In this document: positions 44,669 to 52,513 of the stretch, piece by piece
How positions within the stretch are numbered: position 1 is the stretch's first letter
Layout: every line of letters starts with the position of its first letter
NCBI GenBank assembly: GCA_013329055.1
Contig: DUKY01000020.1
Location: 54,989 to 118,988 of the forward strand
Length of the DNA stretch: 64,000 nt
From: Nanobdellota archaeon
Lineage (GTDB): Archaea; Nanobdellota; Nanobdellia; Pacearchaeales; GW2011-AR1
Reading direction: 5' to 3'
Translations under genes and position numbers: made by a program
The notes under the pieces: model-generated
Seen by the model: the letters and a program-made list of their open reading frames with translations, nothing else
Told to the model about the DNA's origin: nothing
The model's database searches: none

Positions 44669-45010
44669 TAAAAGACACCCGCTGGTTTCCTCAGAAAATT
44701 TGAAAAATGAAATTTTCTGGGACTATCAAAAGACGATACTTTTGAAGTTTTTGAGCTGGCTCAGTCATTGAAAAGTCGTTATTCATTTAAAATGTTTGTC
44801 GCTGTTCAATAACTTCGTCCTCAAACTTTGCGGAGCGGTGGCATCTTTACTCAAGCCCACACTTGCGACTTTTAAAATTTGCTTTCAGAATATTATGCAA
44901 GTGTAAACTTTCTACTCAAGTCCACACTTACAGCTTTTATCTTTACCTTCGGGATTAATGTAAGTGTAAACTTTCGACCTCCTTGTAATGCCACATGAAG
45001 TATTGAATGG
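44669..45010 (+). repeat. family-C ~340-bp structured repeat, copy 2
   Basis: It starts immediately after the ccdA stop codon (taataaaagacacccgctgg...). It contains the hairpins cagaaaattt...aaattttctg and tcaaaag-acgata-cttttga, and two units cacacttgc...gcaagtgt and cacacttac...gtaagtgt. The closing stem gtggcat...atgccac is present. Confidence 0.85.
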
Positions 45011-45042
45011 TGATTTTTTAAACGAGATATCCCTAGAAGTAG

Positions 45043-45249
45043 TTAAAATGAAATTTTATTATTATTAAATTCATATCTTGTTCGATTTCTGCAAAAATTG
45101 CAACAATTAGAATATTCTAAACAAATACTTTCGCATTCTCTGTCTAGTTCTCTGTTTGTGCAAAGAAAAATATCTTGTTTTTCTGCCTGATCATATCTAA
45201 TAAAGACTTCTTTATTAGGGTGATATTGTCTGCATCTTAATTCTGACAT
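45043..45249 (-). CDS. small cysteine-rich hypothetical protein
   Basis: 68 aa with 9 Cys (CESICLEYSNCCNFC). Confidence 0.4.
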   Translation of the reverse strand: MSELRCRQYHPNKEVFIRYDQAEKQDIFLCTNRELDRECESICLEYSNCCNFCRNRTRYEFNNNKISF

Positions 45250-45331
45250 TTTTATAATAAAATTAATCTATTTATATATCTTATTCTATTTTTGGATAAG
45301 TATTTAAATGTTGTTTTTTTATGTTTTTATT

Positions 45332-45652
45332 ATGAAAGAATACAAAGTAACTGGTGTAATTGACTTGAATAAACCTTCTGAACAAATTTTTTTTGGGGTT
45401 GTAAAAGGTCTTGAAGGGAAATTTAATGGGAAAATTAGTTTTAGTAATTGTTCTGGGTGTTCTGGTTGTAATGGTGAATCTGAAAAATTGGAAATGGCTG
45501 TATATAGTAAATCATTAAGTATTGTTTATACTTCTCCTGATGCTTTTTTAGGTCATTTTGAAAAATTTGACCGAGAAGAAGGAAAACACGGCATTGTTGG
45601 TGAGTATTCCAATAAAAGGATGTATTTGAATGTTGCGGAATTAGTTAAATAA
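45332..45652 (+). CDS. hypothetical protein (paralogue of 45684..46028)
   Basis: It shares the EGKF(N/S)GKI motif with the next gene and has a CSGCSGC stretch. I prefer the ATG at 45332 because gtatttaaat is centred about 27 nt upstream. Confidence 0.45.
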   Translation: MKEYKVTGVIDLNKPSEQIFFGVVKGLEGKFNGKISFSNCSGCSGCNGESEKLEMAVYSKSLSIVYTSPDAFLGHFEKFDREEGKHGIVGEYSNKRMYLNVAELVK

Positions 45653-45683
45653 TATTTAAATAGTTGTAAATCTTGAGTTTTTT

Positions 45684-46028
45684 ATGGTTATATGTAGATT
45701 GACAAAAGTTTTATTGGAAAATGGAAGACCAATGGATAAAGATTTTTCTGAAATTTTTGAAGTTAGTGACGAAGGTAAATTTTCAGGAAAAATTTTTAAG
45801 TATCAACCTTTTTGCAAAGGTGAAATTAGGGGAAAATTTGATTTAACTAAAGGAATTTTGTCTTTGAATTATCTTTTTAATGGTACAAGCATTGGACAAA
45901 TTTATAGCTTAGAGCGACAATTTTGTTTACCTTGTAATCGTGAGACTATTTTTGGTCATTATTTTGATAAAAAGAGAGAAGTTTTATTCCAAATTGAAGA
46001 TTGTGATAAATGTGACAAGTGTGATTAA
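45684..46028 (+). CDS. hypothetical protein, Cys-rich C-terminus
   Basis: The motifs are DEGKFSGKI and CDKCDKCD. A TATA-like aatatttaaata is centred about 27 nt upstream. Confidence 0.45.
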   Translation: MVICRLTKVLLENGRPMDKDFSEIFEVSDEGKFSGKIFKYQPFCKGEIRGKFDLTKGILSLNYLFNGTSIGQIYSLERQFCLPCNRETIFGHYFDKKREVLFQIEDCDKCDKCD

Positions 46029-46046
46029 GTATTAAAAATTCTATTT

Positions 46047-46322
46047 ACTTGATTTCTAAAAACTCTACTCGTTTCCAGAGCAGTTTATTAATCTTTTACA
46101 TTACTTCTGTTCTAAAAACTCTACTTGTTCCAGAGCAGTTTATGAATTTATTAATTTTTTATATTACTCCTGCTCTAAAAACTCTACTCGTTTTCAGAAC
46201 AGTTTTATTTTATTTTTTAATTTTTTAATTTTTTAAATTACTCCTGCTCTAAAAACTCTACTCGTTTCCAGAGCAGTTTATGAATTTATTAATTTTTTAA
46301 ATTACTCCTGCTCTAAAAACTC
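46047..46322. repeat. tandem array (4 full and 1 partial units of about 55-75 bp), each unit carrying the hairpin ctgctct-N19-agagcag
   Basis: The unit tactcctgctctaaaaactctactcgtttccagagcagttta is repeated. The linkers are short, AT-rich and partly identical to one another. The last partial unit merges with the 3' end of the Dph2 fragment. Confidence 0.85.
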
Positions 46323-46609
46323 GGCATCATCTCTGAATGTCCAAATTGAATTGTTAAATCAATTTGTTTTTGAATTTTTCCTGGTAAAATTGGTGTGTCG
46401 CAAGCTCCAAAACAGCTTTCAATCCAAATTAAAAATTCCGCATCTGTTTTTTCTTCTAAATAGTCAACTATTGCTGTTGCATATTGTTTTAGTCCATCCG
46501 GAAATTGGAGCAAAATTAATTTTGCATTTGATTTTTTTATTTGTTCAATTATTTTGTTTAATTCTAAGTCATATTGTTTTTCTATATCTGATATTGTATA
46601 TTTTTGCAT
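46313..46609 (-). pseudogene. dph2: Dph2 (diphthamide synthesis radical-SAM enzyme), N-terminal ~98 aa only; truncated or split
   Basis: AKLILLQFPDGLKQYATAIVDYLEE...CFGACD...IQFGHSEM matches the first third of archaeal Dph2 (about 340 aa). The ORF stops right after the GHS motif, at the tandem repeat. Confidence 0.65.
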
Positions 46610-46761
46610 TTTAAAATAAGCTTTTAAAGAATTATATATTTATTGGTTAAATTATGTTCTAATTTTTAAAATTCTTTATTGGAAAAAATAATTTATCCCA
46701 TTGTTTAAAATTTTACCCCGATTCTCAAATAGCCTTTAAGAATTAACTTTAAAATATTTAT

Positions 46762-46821
46762 ATTGGAGAGGGATAATTAGGCATGTTAATCCCTGCCTTT
46801 CTCATCTTGTCCCTCTCCAAT
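46762..46821. other. 12-bp perfect inverted repeat enclosing a 36-nt relatively GC-rich loop (candidate small RNA or regulatory hairpin)
   Basis: attggagaggga (46762-46773) pairs with tccctctccaat (46810-46821). The inner stem is aggca...tgcct. Confidence 0.35.
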
Positions 46822-46868
46822 TAAAAGATTAGGTGAGATGATAAGTTTTCAATTTAAAATTAGAATCT

Positions 46869-47387
46869 TTAACCCTTACTTTTTCTGTTTGGTTTGTTTA
46901 TCTCGAACCATTTGCTGATTTCTTGAATTATTTCTGATGTTATTCTTGGGTCTTGAAGTTCGTAAAATTCTTGAGGAGTTATTATTTTATAATATCCTTT
47001 TCCATATGTATTAACTTCTTTAAGATTGCCATATTGAAATTTTTCCCTTGTTGTAATACAAGTGTCTTCTCTACATCTTCCCCAATTATTATTATTTTCT
47101 GTTGGAAAATTGTCTAGTTGCCATTTCCAATTTCCACATTCATAAATTTGCATTAATGTGTCATAACTTTCCTGAGTTGGAGTATTAATTGCTGTTTTTT
47201 CTAATTCTTTTAAAATTAAAATTGGTCTGCCATTTTCGTTTCTTTCTAAAAGAGGTTTTATTTGGTTTGAACCCATATATTGATTTAGGTCTCCAAATAA
47301 ATTCATTCTTTGAATTTTTGTTTCTTCTAATTTTTTCATCATCTTTTCATGTGGAAGAATTATCATTGATTTGTTGAGGGTTATCAT
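46869..47387 (-). CDS. MITLNKSM-family orphan protein, paralogue 1 of 6
   Basis: 172 aa. It shares the N-terminus MITLNKSMIILPHEKMMKKLEE, the core YDTLMQIYECGNWKW, and the C-terminus ITPQEFYELQDPRITSEIIQEISKWFEINKPNRKSKG. Confidence 0.7.
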   Translation of the reverse strand: MITLNKSMIILPHEKMMKKLEETKIQRMNLFGDLNQYMGSNQIKPLLERNENGRPILILKELEKTAINTPTQESYDTLMQIYECGNWKWQLDNFPTENNNNWGRCREDTCITTREKFQYGNLKEVNTYGKGYYKIITPQEFYELQDPRITSEIIQEISKWFEINKPNRKSKG

Positions 47388-47388
47388 T

Positions 47389-47901
47389 TTATCCTTTACT
47401 TTTTCTGTTTGGTTTGTTTATCTCGAACCATTTGCTGATTTCTTGAATTATTTCTGATGTTATTCTTGGGTCTTGAAGTTCATAAAACTCTTGAGGAGTT
47501 ATTATTTTATAATTTCCGTATTCGTTAACTTCTTTAAGATCTCCATATTGAAATTTATTATATGCTTGAACACAAGTTATTTTTCCATAGCATTCCCAAG
47601 CATTAAATTCTGTTGGTAAAATTATGTCTTCAACCCATTTTCTATCACCACATTCGTAAATTTGCATTAATGTGTCATAATTTTCTTGAGTGGGAGTATG
47701 AATTACTGTCCTTTCTAATTCTTTTAATTCTAAAATTGGTCTTCCATTTTCATCTTTTGTAAGATTAGAATTTGTTGAGTCAGATCCCATATATTGATTA
47801 AGGTTTCCAAATAAATTAATTCTTTTAATTCTTGTATCTTCTAATTTTTTCATCATCTTTTCATGTGGAAGAATTATCATTGATTTGTTTAATGTTATCA
47901 T
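47389..47901 (-). CDS. MITLNKSM-family orphan protein, paralogue 2 of 6
   Basis: 170 aa. Its stop lies 1 nt before the start of paralogue 1. An ~85-nt stretch at the 3' end is identical to paralogue 1. Confidence 0.7.
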   Translation of the reverse strand: MITLNKSMIILPHEKMMKKLEDTRIKRINLFGNLNQYMGSDSTNSNLTKDENGRPILELKELERTVIHTPTQENYDTLMQIYECGDRKWVEDIILPTEFNAWECYGKITCVQAYNKFQYGDLKEVNEYGNYKIITPQEFYELQDPRITSEIIQEISKWFEINKPNRKSKG

Positions 47902-48021
47902 TTTAATTTTATCTTTAATCTGAAGTTTATAAACTTTTGTTTTAGATGTAACTATCTAGTGGTAAACTATTTTATTCTAGAATTATTTTTATCTTTGGAT
48001 TATTAAATAAGAAATTTAGAA

Positions 48022-49641
48022 TTATCTGCTTTTAATAAATTCTTTTAGTAAATTAACAATGTTGTTTTTTTTATTTGGTAAAAAGGAGATTGATCCGGCA
48101 TTTTTATGTCCTCCTCCTTCAACGAATGTTTCCGGGAGTTTTTTATCAATGAATTTAATTAATTCATGAACAGAAAAATTAGCTTCGTCTGTTGCTCTCA
48201 TAGTAATTGCAGTATTCATAATTCCTGCAGTTACAACAGCTGTTTCGCCGGTTCTTTTTTGGTATTCATCATGTACTAATCCAGTTGCTCTGCCTGGTTT
48301 AGGGAAAAAACCAAATCCGGGAAAAGTTTCTTCAATTTCAATACTTTGTAAAATAACATTACCCATTTTTTCTTGTTTTGCATTACTCATTCCAATTGCT
48401 AAACCTTTTTTATCCATCTTTTTAATATACGGTGCCATTAATTGGACTAATTCTTTTTGTTTGTTTCTTGGTTCTCCAAATAAAACTTCTATGTATTCCC
48501 GAACTTCCATAAATCGAATTTTTGAAGAAACATATTCTATAACTAAAGCAATATCTGAAAGCAGTTCTTTTGTGTATCCTTCTTTTTCTGCAATTTTTAA
48601 ATAATCATTCATTGTTTTAGGATTACTTAATTCAATTCTGTCTGCAAAACCAGACATTGCCGGGATTTGATTTATATTTTTTACATTTGGATTAATGAAT
48701 CTTGCAAGTTCAGAACAAAGCATTCCTGCAGAAAAATGTGAACCGTCTTCTCCGACTAAAAAAGGATTTATATGCGTTAAAACTTCTCTTGAAATAACAT
48801 CCTGATCAAATTTGTGATGATCCACAATTATAAAATCTGATCCGTGAACTTTTCCTTGTTGGATTGCCATTAAATCTTCCTGTGTTGAACCGTTATCTGC
48901 AATAATTATCAGTGGCATTTTATTTGAAAATCTTGCAACATTTCTTAATGATTGTGCAGTGTCTCTTATCGAGTCATCAATTTCATAAAATGGTGCAGCA
49001 CATGGGGCTCTTGTGAAAAACTCCCAACGGGATTTTTCAGAACCATGCTGTTCTTCTATTAATGGCAAGATTGCTCTTTCTAAAGAAAATCCTGAACTAT
49101 ATCCATCTGTATCATTATGATGTCTTACGATTATTGGTCTATCTTGTATTATCGCGAGTTTAATTTCTGTTGCAGCTTTAATAAATGAATCTTTAAGTTT
49201 ATTTAGAATTGGACTTTCTACAAGAAATTTTGGCGGAATAACTTTGGCTCTTTCTCTTTCAATGTTTTCAATAGATTTGATAAAATCTTTTTCTTCAGAA
49301 GGATTTAATTTATTAATTTTTATTATATTTCCTTCTGTTTCTCCCTGAAATTCTTCGATTTTAATAAATGTTTTAATAGAATCTCCTTCTGTTAATTCAG
49401 GATATGCTCGTTGTCCTGCACCGACAAAACCTTTTAAAGAAAGGCTTCCTGTTCCGTCAGAAATAACGAATACAGTTGGACCTCCTGTTTGTGCAATACG
49501 ATTTATTTTTCCGAATATAAATACAGTATTTTTTGAATTTTTTTTAATATCTTTTATAAATGATTTTTCCAGTTTTTCTTCTCTTTCTTGTGTTTTTACT
49601 GGTCTTTTAAAATCTTTATTCTTTTTAGAAAAATTATTCAT
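48022..49641 (-). CDS. recJ: archaeal RecJ/Cdc45-like DHH phosphoesterase (GAN-like) with an N-terminal OB-fold region
   Basis: The DHH motifs are VRHHNDTDGYSSG, IIADNGS and IVDHHKF. The DHHA1 motif is GGGHKNAGS. Confidence 0.82.
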   Translation of the reverse strand: MNNFSKKNKDFKRPVKTQEREEKLEKSFIKDIKKNSKNTVFIFGKINRIAQTGGPTVFVISDGTGSLSLKGFVGAGQRAYPELTEGDSIKTFIKIEEFQGETEGNIIKINKLNPSEEKDFIKSIENIERERAKVIPPKFLVESPILNKLKDSFIKAATEIKLAIIQDRPIIVRHHNDTDGYSSGFSLERAILPLIEEQHGSEKSRWEFFTRAPCAAPFYEIDDSIRDTAQSLRNVARFSNKMPLIIIADNGSTQEDLMAIQQGKVHGSDFIIVDHHKFDQDVISREVLTHINPFLVGEDGSHFSAGMLCSELARFINPNVKNINQIPAMSGFADRIELSNPKTMNDYLKIAEKEGYTKELLSDIALVIEYVSSKIRFMEVREYIEVLFGEPRNKQKELVQLMAPYIKKMDKKGLAIGMSNAKQEKMGNVILQSIEIEETFPGFGFFPKPGRATGLVHDEYQKRTGETAVVTAGIMNTAITMRATDEANFSVHELIKFIDKKLPETFVEGGGHKNAGSISFLPNKKNNIVNLLKEFIKSR

Positions 49642-49685
49642 TTATAGTTGAATCTTTACTTGGTTATAAAATTTGCGGTTGTTGA

Positions 49686-49818
49686 GGCTCTGTCCAGAAT
49701 TAAGTTTTTTTGATTTTAGAATTCCCACTTCTAGTTCAAGCTAAAGCTTGAAGACCCGCCCTTAATGAATATCTGAATTGCCAAAAGTTAGCTAAAATCA
49801 AAAACTTTGGACAGAGCC
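49686..49818. repeat. family-B MITE-like element overlapping the 3' end of the glycosyltransferase gene
   Basis: The arms are ggctctgtccagaattaagtttttttgattttag and ctaaaatcaaaaactttggacagagcc. The core is cccacttctagttcaagctaaagcttgaagacccgccc. Confidence 0.85.
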
Positions 49819-50573
49819 GGTTGTTGATTAAAGAACTTTTTTATTCTTAAATCATAAGTAATTTCAAGGTATATTCTTGTTATAATCTCTTTTATAGATA
49901 GTTTAATTGGTTTTTGAGTCTTATTATTCCTTATTCTATATTGTAAATTTACATTTAAATCCGGACAAAATTTTAATTTTCCGATTTGTTCAAGTTTTTT
50001 GGATAGAAAAAAATCATCTTTTGCATGAGTAATATTTTCCTGTTTTCTTAATTTTTCAAGACCTTCATATCCTTTAACTGATATAAATGCAGATCTTCGA
50101 AATGCACTATTTCCTCCTCCTAGGCAATATAAGTTACTTAATAATTTTAAATAATAAATTGAGATATAAAAAAAATTAAAAATTTTTCCTTTATTTCTGA
50201 ATCTTGATTTTCCTCCAATTCCAACAATTTTTTGGTCCTTAAAATTTTTAATTATCACAGAAACCCAATTTTTATCTGCAAATGCATCAGCGTCGAGTGA
50301 GCCGATTATTGTTCCTTTTGATTTTTTTATCCCGAAATCTCTTGCATTTGTTTGGTTTCCTTTTGGATAGTAAAATAATTTAAAATTTATCTCTTTTTCT
50401 TTGAATTTTTTTTCGAATTTTTTTGCGATTTCTTTAGTATTGTCTGTACTTCCATTATCGACTATTATAATTTCATATGGTTTTTTTGTTTGATTCAGGA
50501 GAGAGGTTAGGCAATTTTTGATATTTTGCTTTTCATTTAATGTGGGAATAATTATGCTTAATTTTTCTTCCAT
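49788..50573 (-). CDS. family-2 glycosyltransferase
   Basis: The motifs are LSIIIPTLNE, EIIIVDNGSTDNT and GSLDADAF. The last ~10 codons (..PALSKVFDFS*) are encoded by the family-B repeat. Confidence 0.8.
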   Translation of the reverse strand: MEEKLSIIIPTLNEKQNIKNCLTSLLNQTKKPYEIIIVDNGSTDNTKEIAKKFEKKFKEKEINFKLFYYPKGNQTNARDFGIKKSKGTIIGSLDADAFADKNWVSVIIKNFKDQKIVGIGGKSRFRNKGKIFNFFYISIYYLKLLSNLYCLGGGNSAFRRSAFISVKGYEGLEKLRKQENITHAKDDFFLSKKLEQIGKLKFCPDLNVNLQYRIRNNKTQKPIKLSIKEIITRIYLEITYDLRIKKFFNQQPALSKVFDFS

Positions 50574-50657
50574 CTTTAAATATTAGGCAATTTAATTTAA
50601 AAATGATTGCAAATTAATTTAAGTTATATTTTTAAATTAAATTATCTTTTTTTATTC

Positions 50658-51251
50658 ATGTTTTTAGAAAGTATTTTACCTTTTATTGGTCAATATGGAA
50701 AGAGTATTTCTTTTCTTGGAGGTTTTATAACCGGAGAAAGTGTAATAATTACTCTTGCTTTTTTATCTGCTCAGGGTTTTTTGCCTTTATGGTATGTGCT
50801 TGTTTTTTGTACTATTGGTATGTATTTATCTGATTTTATTCCTTTTACAATTGGAAGATTTAAATTTTTTAGAAATTTTTTAGAAAAAGAAAAATATGTC
50901 AGGCAAGTTGAAAAAATTGAATATCATTTGCAAAAATATACAAAAAATAATCTTTTTTTAATTTTATTTTATACTAAAATTATTTATGGAGCGAGTATTC
51001 CTGCATTGGTTTATCTTGGTGCAAAAAAAACATCTTATTCTAAATTTTCGTATTATAATTTATTTGTTGAGTTAATCTTTGTTCCTTTTGTTGTTTTAAT
51101 TGGTTGGCTTACCGGTAAAGGTTTTAGTTTTCTTGCTAAGATTTTTGAAAATCTAAGAATTGCTATTTTGTTCTTAATACTTGTTATTATTATTTTATAC
51201 TTTATTAGAAAATGGGAAAGTCAAAGATTGATAAAAAAGCAAAAACTATAA
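50658..51251 (+). CDS. DedA/SNARE-associated-like membrane protein
   Basis: It is a multi-TM protein with GGFITGESVIITLAFLSAQG. I prefer the ATG at 50658 to the TTG at 50607. Confidence 0.5.
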   Translation: MFLESILPFIGQYGKSISFLGGFITGESVIITLAFLSAQGFLPLWYVLVFCTIGMYLSDFIPFTIGRFKFFRNFLEKEKYVRQVEKIEYHLQKYTKNNLFLILFYTKIIYGASIPALVYLGAKKTSYSKFSYYNLFVELIFVPFVVLIGWLTGKGFSFLAKIFENLRIAILFLILVIIILYFIRKWESQRLIKKQKL

Positions 51252-51991
51252 ACCTAAAAGGAAATTCAAAAAAAGAATTTTTTCTTTTGCATGGTTTTAC
51301 AGGAAGTCCTACTGATTTTAATCATCTTGGAGAATATCTTAATAAGCGATTTGATGCAAATGTAAGAATTATAAGATTAAAAGGTCATGGGGAAAAAATA
51401 GAAAATCTTAGTAATTTTGAATATAATGATCTTTTTTTGCAGGCTGAGAATGAATTAAAAAAAGACTTAAAAAAAGGAAGAGAAATAATTGTTGGAGGAA
51501 TTAGTCTAGGTAGTTTTATTGCATTACAGCTTTCAACAAAATATCCTGTTAAAGGGATTATAAATATTTCAATTCCTTATAAATATAAATTCTTAATTTC
51601 AATTGTTGCTTTTTTTGAACCTTTTATTAAAAAAAAGCATTGGAAAAAGGTAATGCCTAAATATCAAAAAGATTTGCGAAAAGATGCTTTTTATTATGAT
51701 GCCAGTCTTTTTGGTTTTAGATATATCAAAGAGGGTAAATCTGAATTAGATAAAATTTTGAATAAGGTTAATGCTCCTTGTTTAATCATTCATGTTGCTA
51801 AAGAAAAAATTTTTCATCCTGATAGTGCAAAAATTATTCTAAATAAAATTAATTCTAAAATTGTTGAGTTTGATTTATTTAAATCTCCTGAGGGTTCAAG
51901 TCATAATCCTTTTTATTCTAAAAATCATAGTCAATTATACGATATTATTGGTAATTTTGTTGAAAAAAATAATTTATTTAGTAAATCTTAA
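51212..51991 (+). CDS. alpha/beta-hydrolase carboxylesterase
   Basis: FFLLHGFTGSPTDF and the nucleophile elbow GGISLGS are present, with a late His in SSHNPF. Confidence 0.72.
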   Translation: MGKSKIDKKAKTINLKGNSKKEFFLLHGFTGSPTDFNHLGEYLNKRFDANVRIIRLKGHGEKIENLSNFEYNDLFLQAENELKKDLKKGREIIVGGISLGSFIALQLSTKYPVKGIINISIPYKYKFLISIVAFFEPFIKKKHWKKVMPKYQKDLRKDAFYYDASLFGFRYIKEGKSELDKILNKVNAPCLIIHVAKEKIFHPDSAKIILNKINSKIVEFDLFKSPEGSSHNPFYSKNHSQLYDIIGNFVEKNNLFSKS

Positions 51992-52503
51992 TATTTAATT
52001 CCTTTGCTTCTTCTATCTGGTTTATTTGTTTCAAACCATTTATTTATTTCTTCTATCGTCATATCTCTTATTTGCGGGTCTTGAATATCATAAAATTCTT
52101 GGGGCGTTCTGATCAAAGATTTTTCTACAAATCTTTGTATTTCCCCATATCTAAATCCTTCAAATGCACCAATACATGTATTTTCTTTATATGTTGTCCA
52201 AGCATTATATCTTGTGGGAATATCTCCATCCTGCCATTCCCAATTACCACATTCGTAAATTTGCATTAAGATATCATATTCATATTGTGTGAAAACATTA
52301 ATATATGTATCTTGTAATGATTTTAAATTTAAAATTGGCCTTCCCTCTTCATCTCTTCTTAAATCTGACTTTTTTAAAGATTTTTTTCCCATGAATCCAT
52401 CCATTTCTCTAAGCTTAAATGGTCCATTTTTCTTTCTTTCTTCTGCTTTCTTAATAATTTCATCATGCGGTAGAATTATCATTGATTTGTTTAATGTTAT
52501 CAT
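51988..52503 (-). CDS. MITLNKSM-family orphan protein, paralogue 3 of 6 (most divergent N-terminal half)
   Basis: 171 aa with MITLNKSMIILPHDE..., YDILMQIYECGNWEW and INKWFETNKPDRRSKG. Its 3' end overlaps the convergent esterase gene by 4 nt. Confidence 0.65.
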   Translation of the reverse strand: MITLNKSMIILPHDEIIKKAEERKKNGPFKLREMDGFMGKKSLKKSDLRRDEEGRPILNLKSLQDTYINVFTQYEYDILMQIYECGNWEWQDGDIPTRYNAWTTYKENTCIGAFEGFRYGEIQRFVEKSLIRTPQEFYDIQDPQIRDMTIEEINKWFETNKPDRRSKGIKY

Positions 52504-52513
52504 TTTTTATTAA

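Noticed and set aside
46047-46322. Possible CRISPR array (about 40-nt palindromic repeat, ctgctct...agagcag, 4-5 copies)
   Set aside because: The spacers are only 13-31 nt, extremely AT-rich and partly identical to each other (gaatttattaatttttta(t/a)at occurs twice). The repeat copies are degenerate, no cas genes or leader are present, and the last unit is continuous with a gene's 3' end. I treat it as a tandem repeat.
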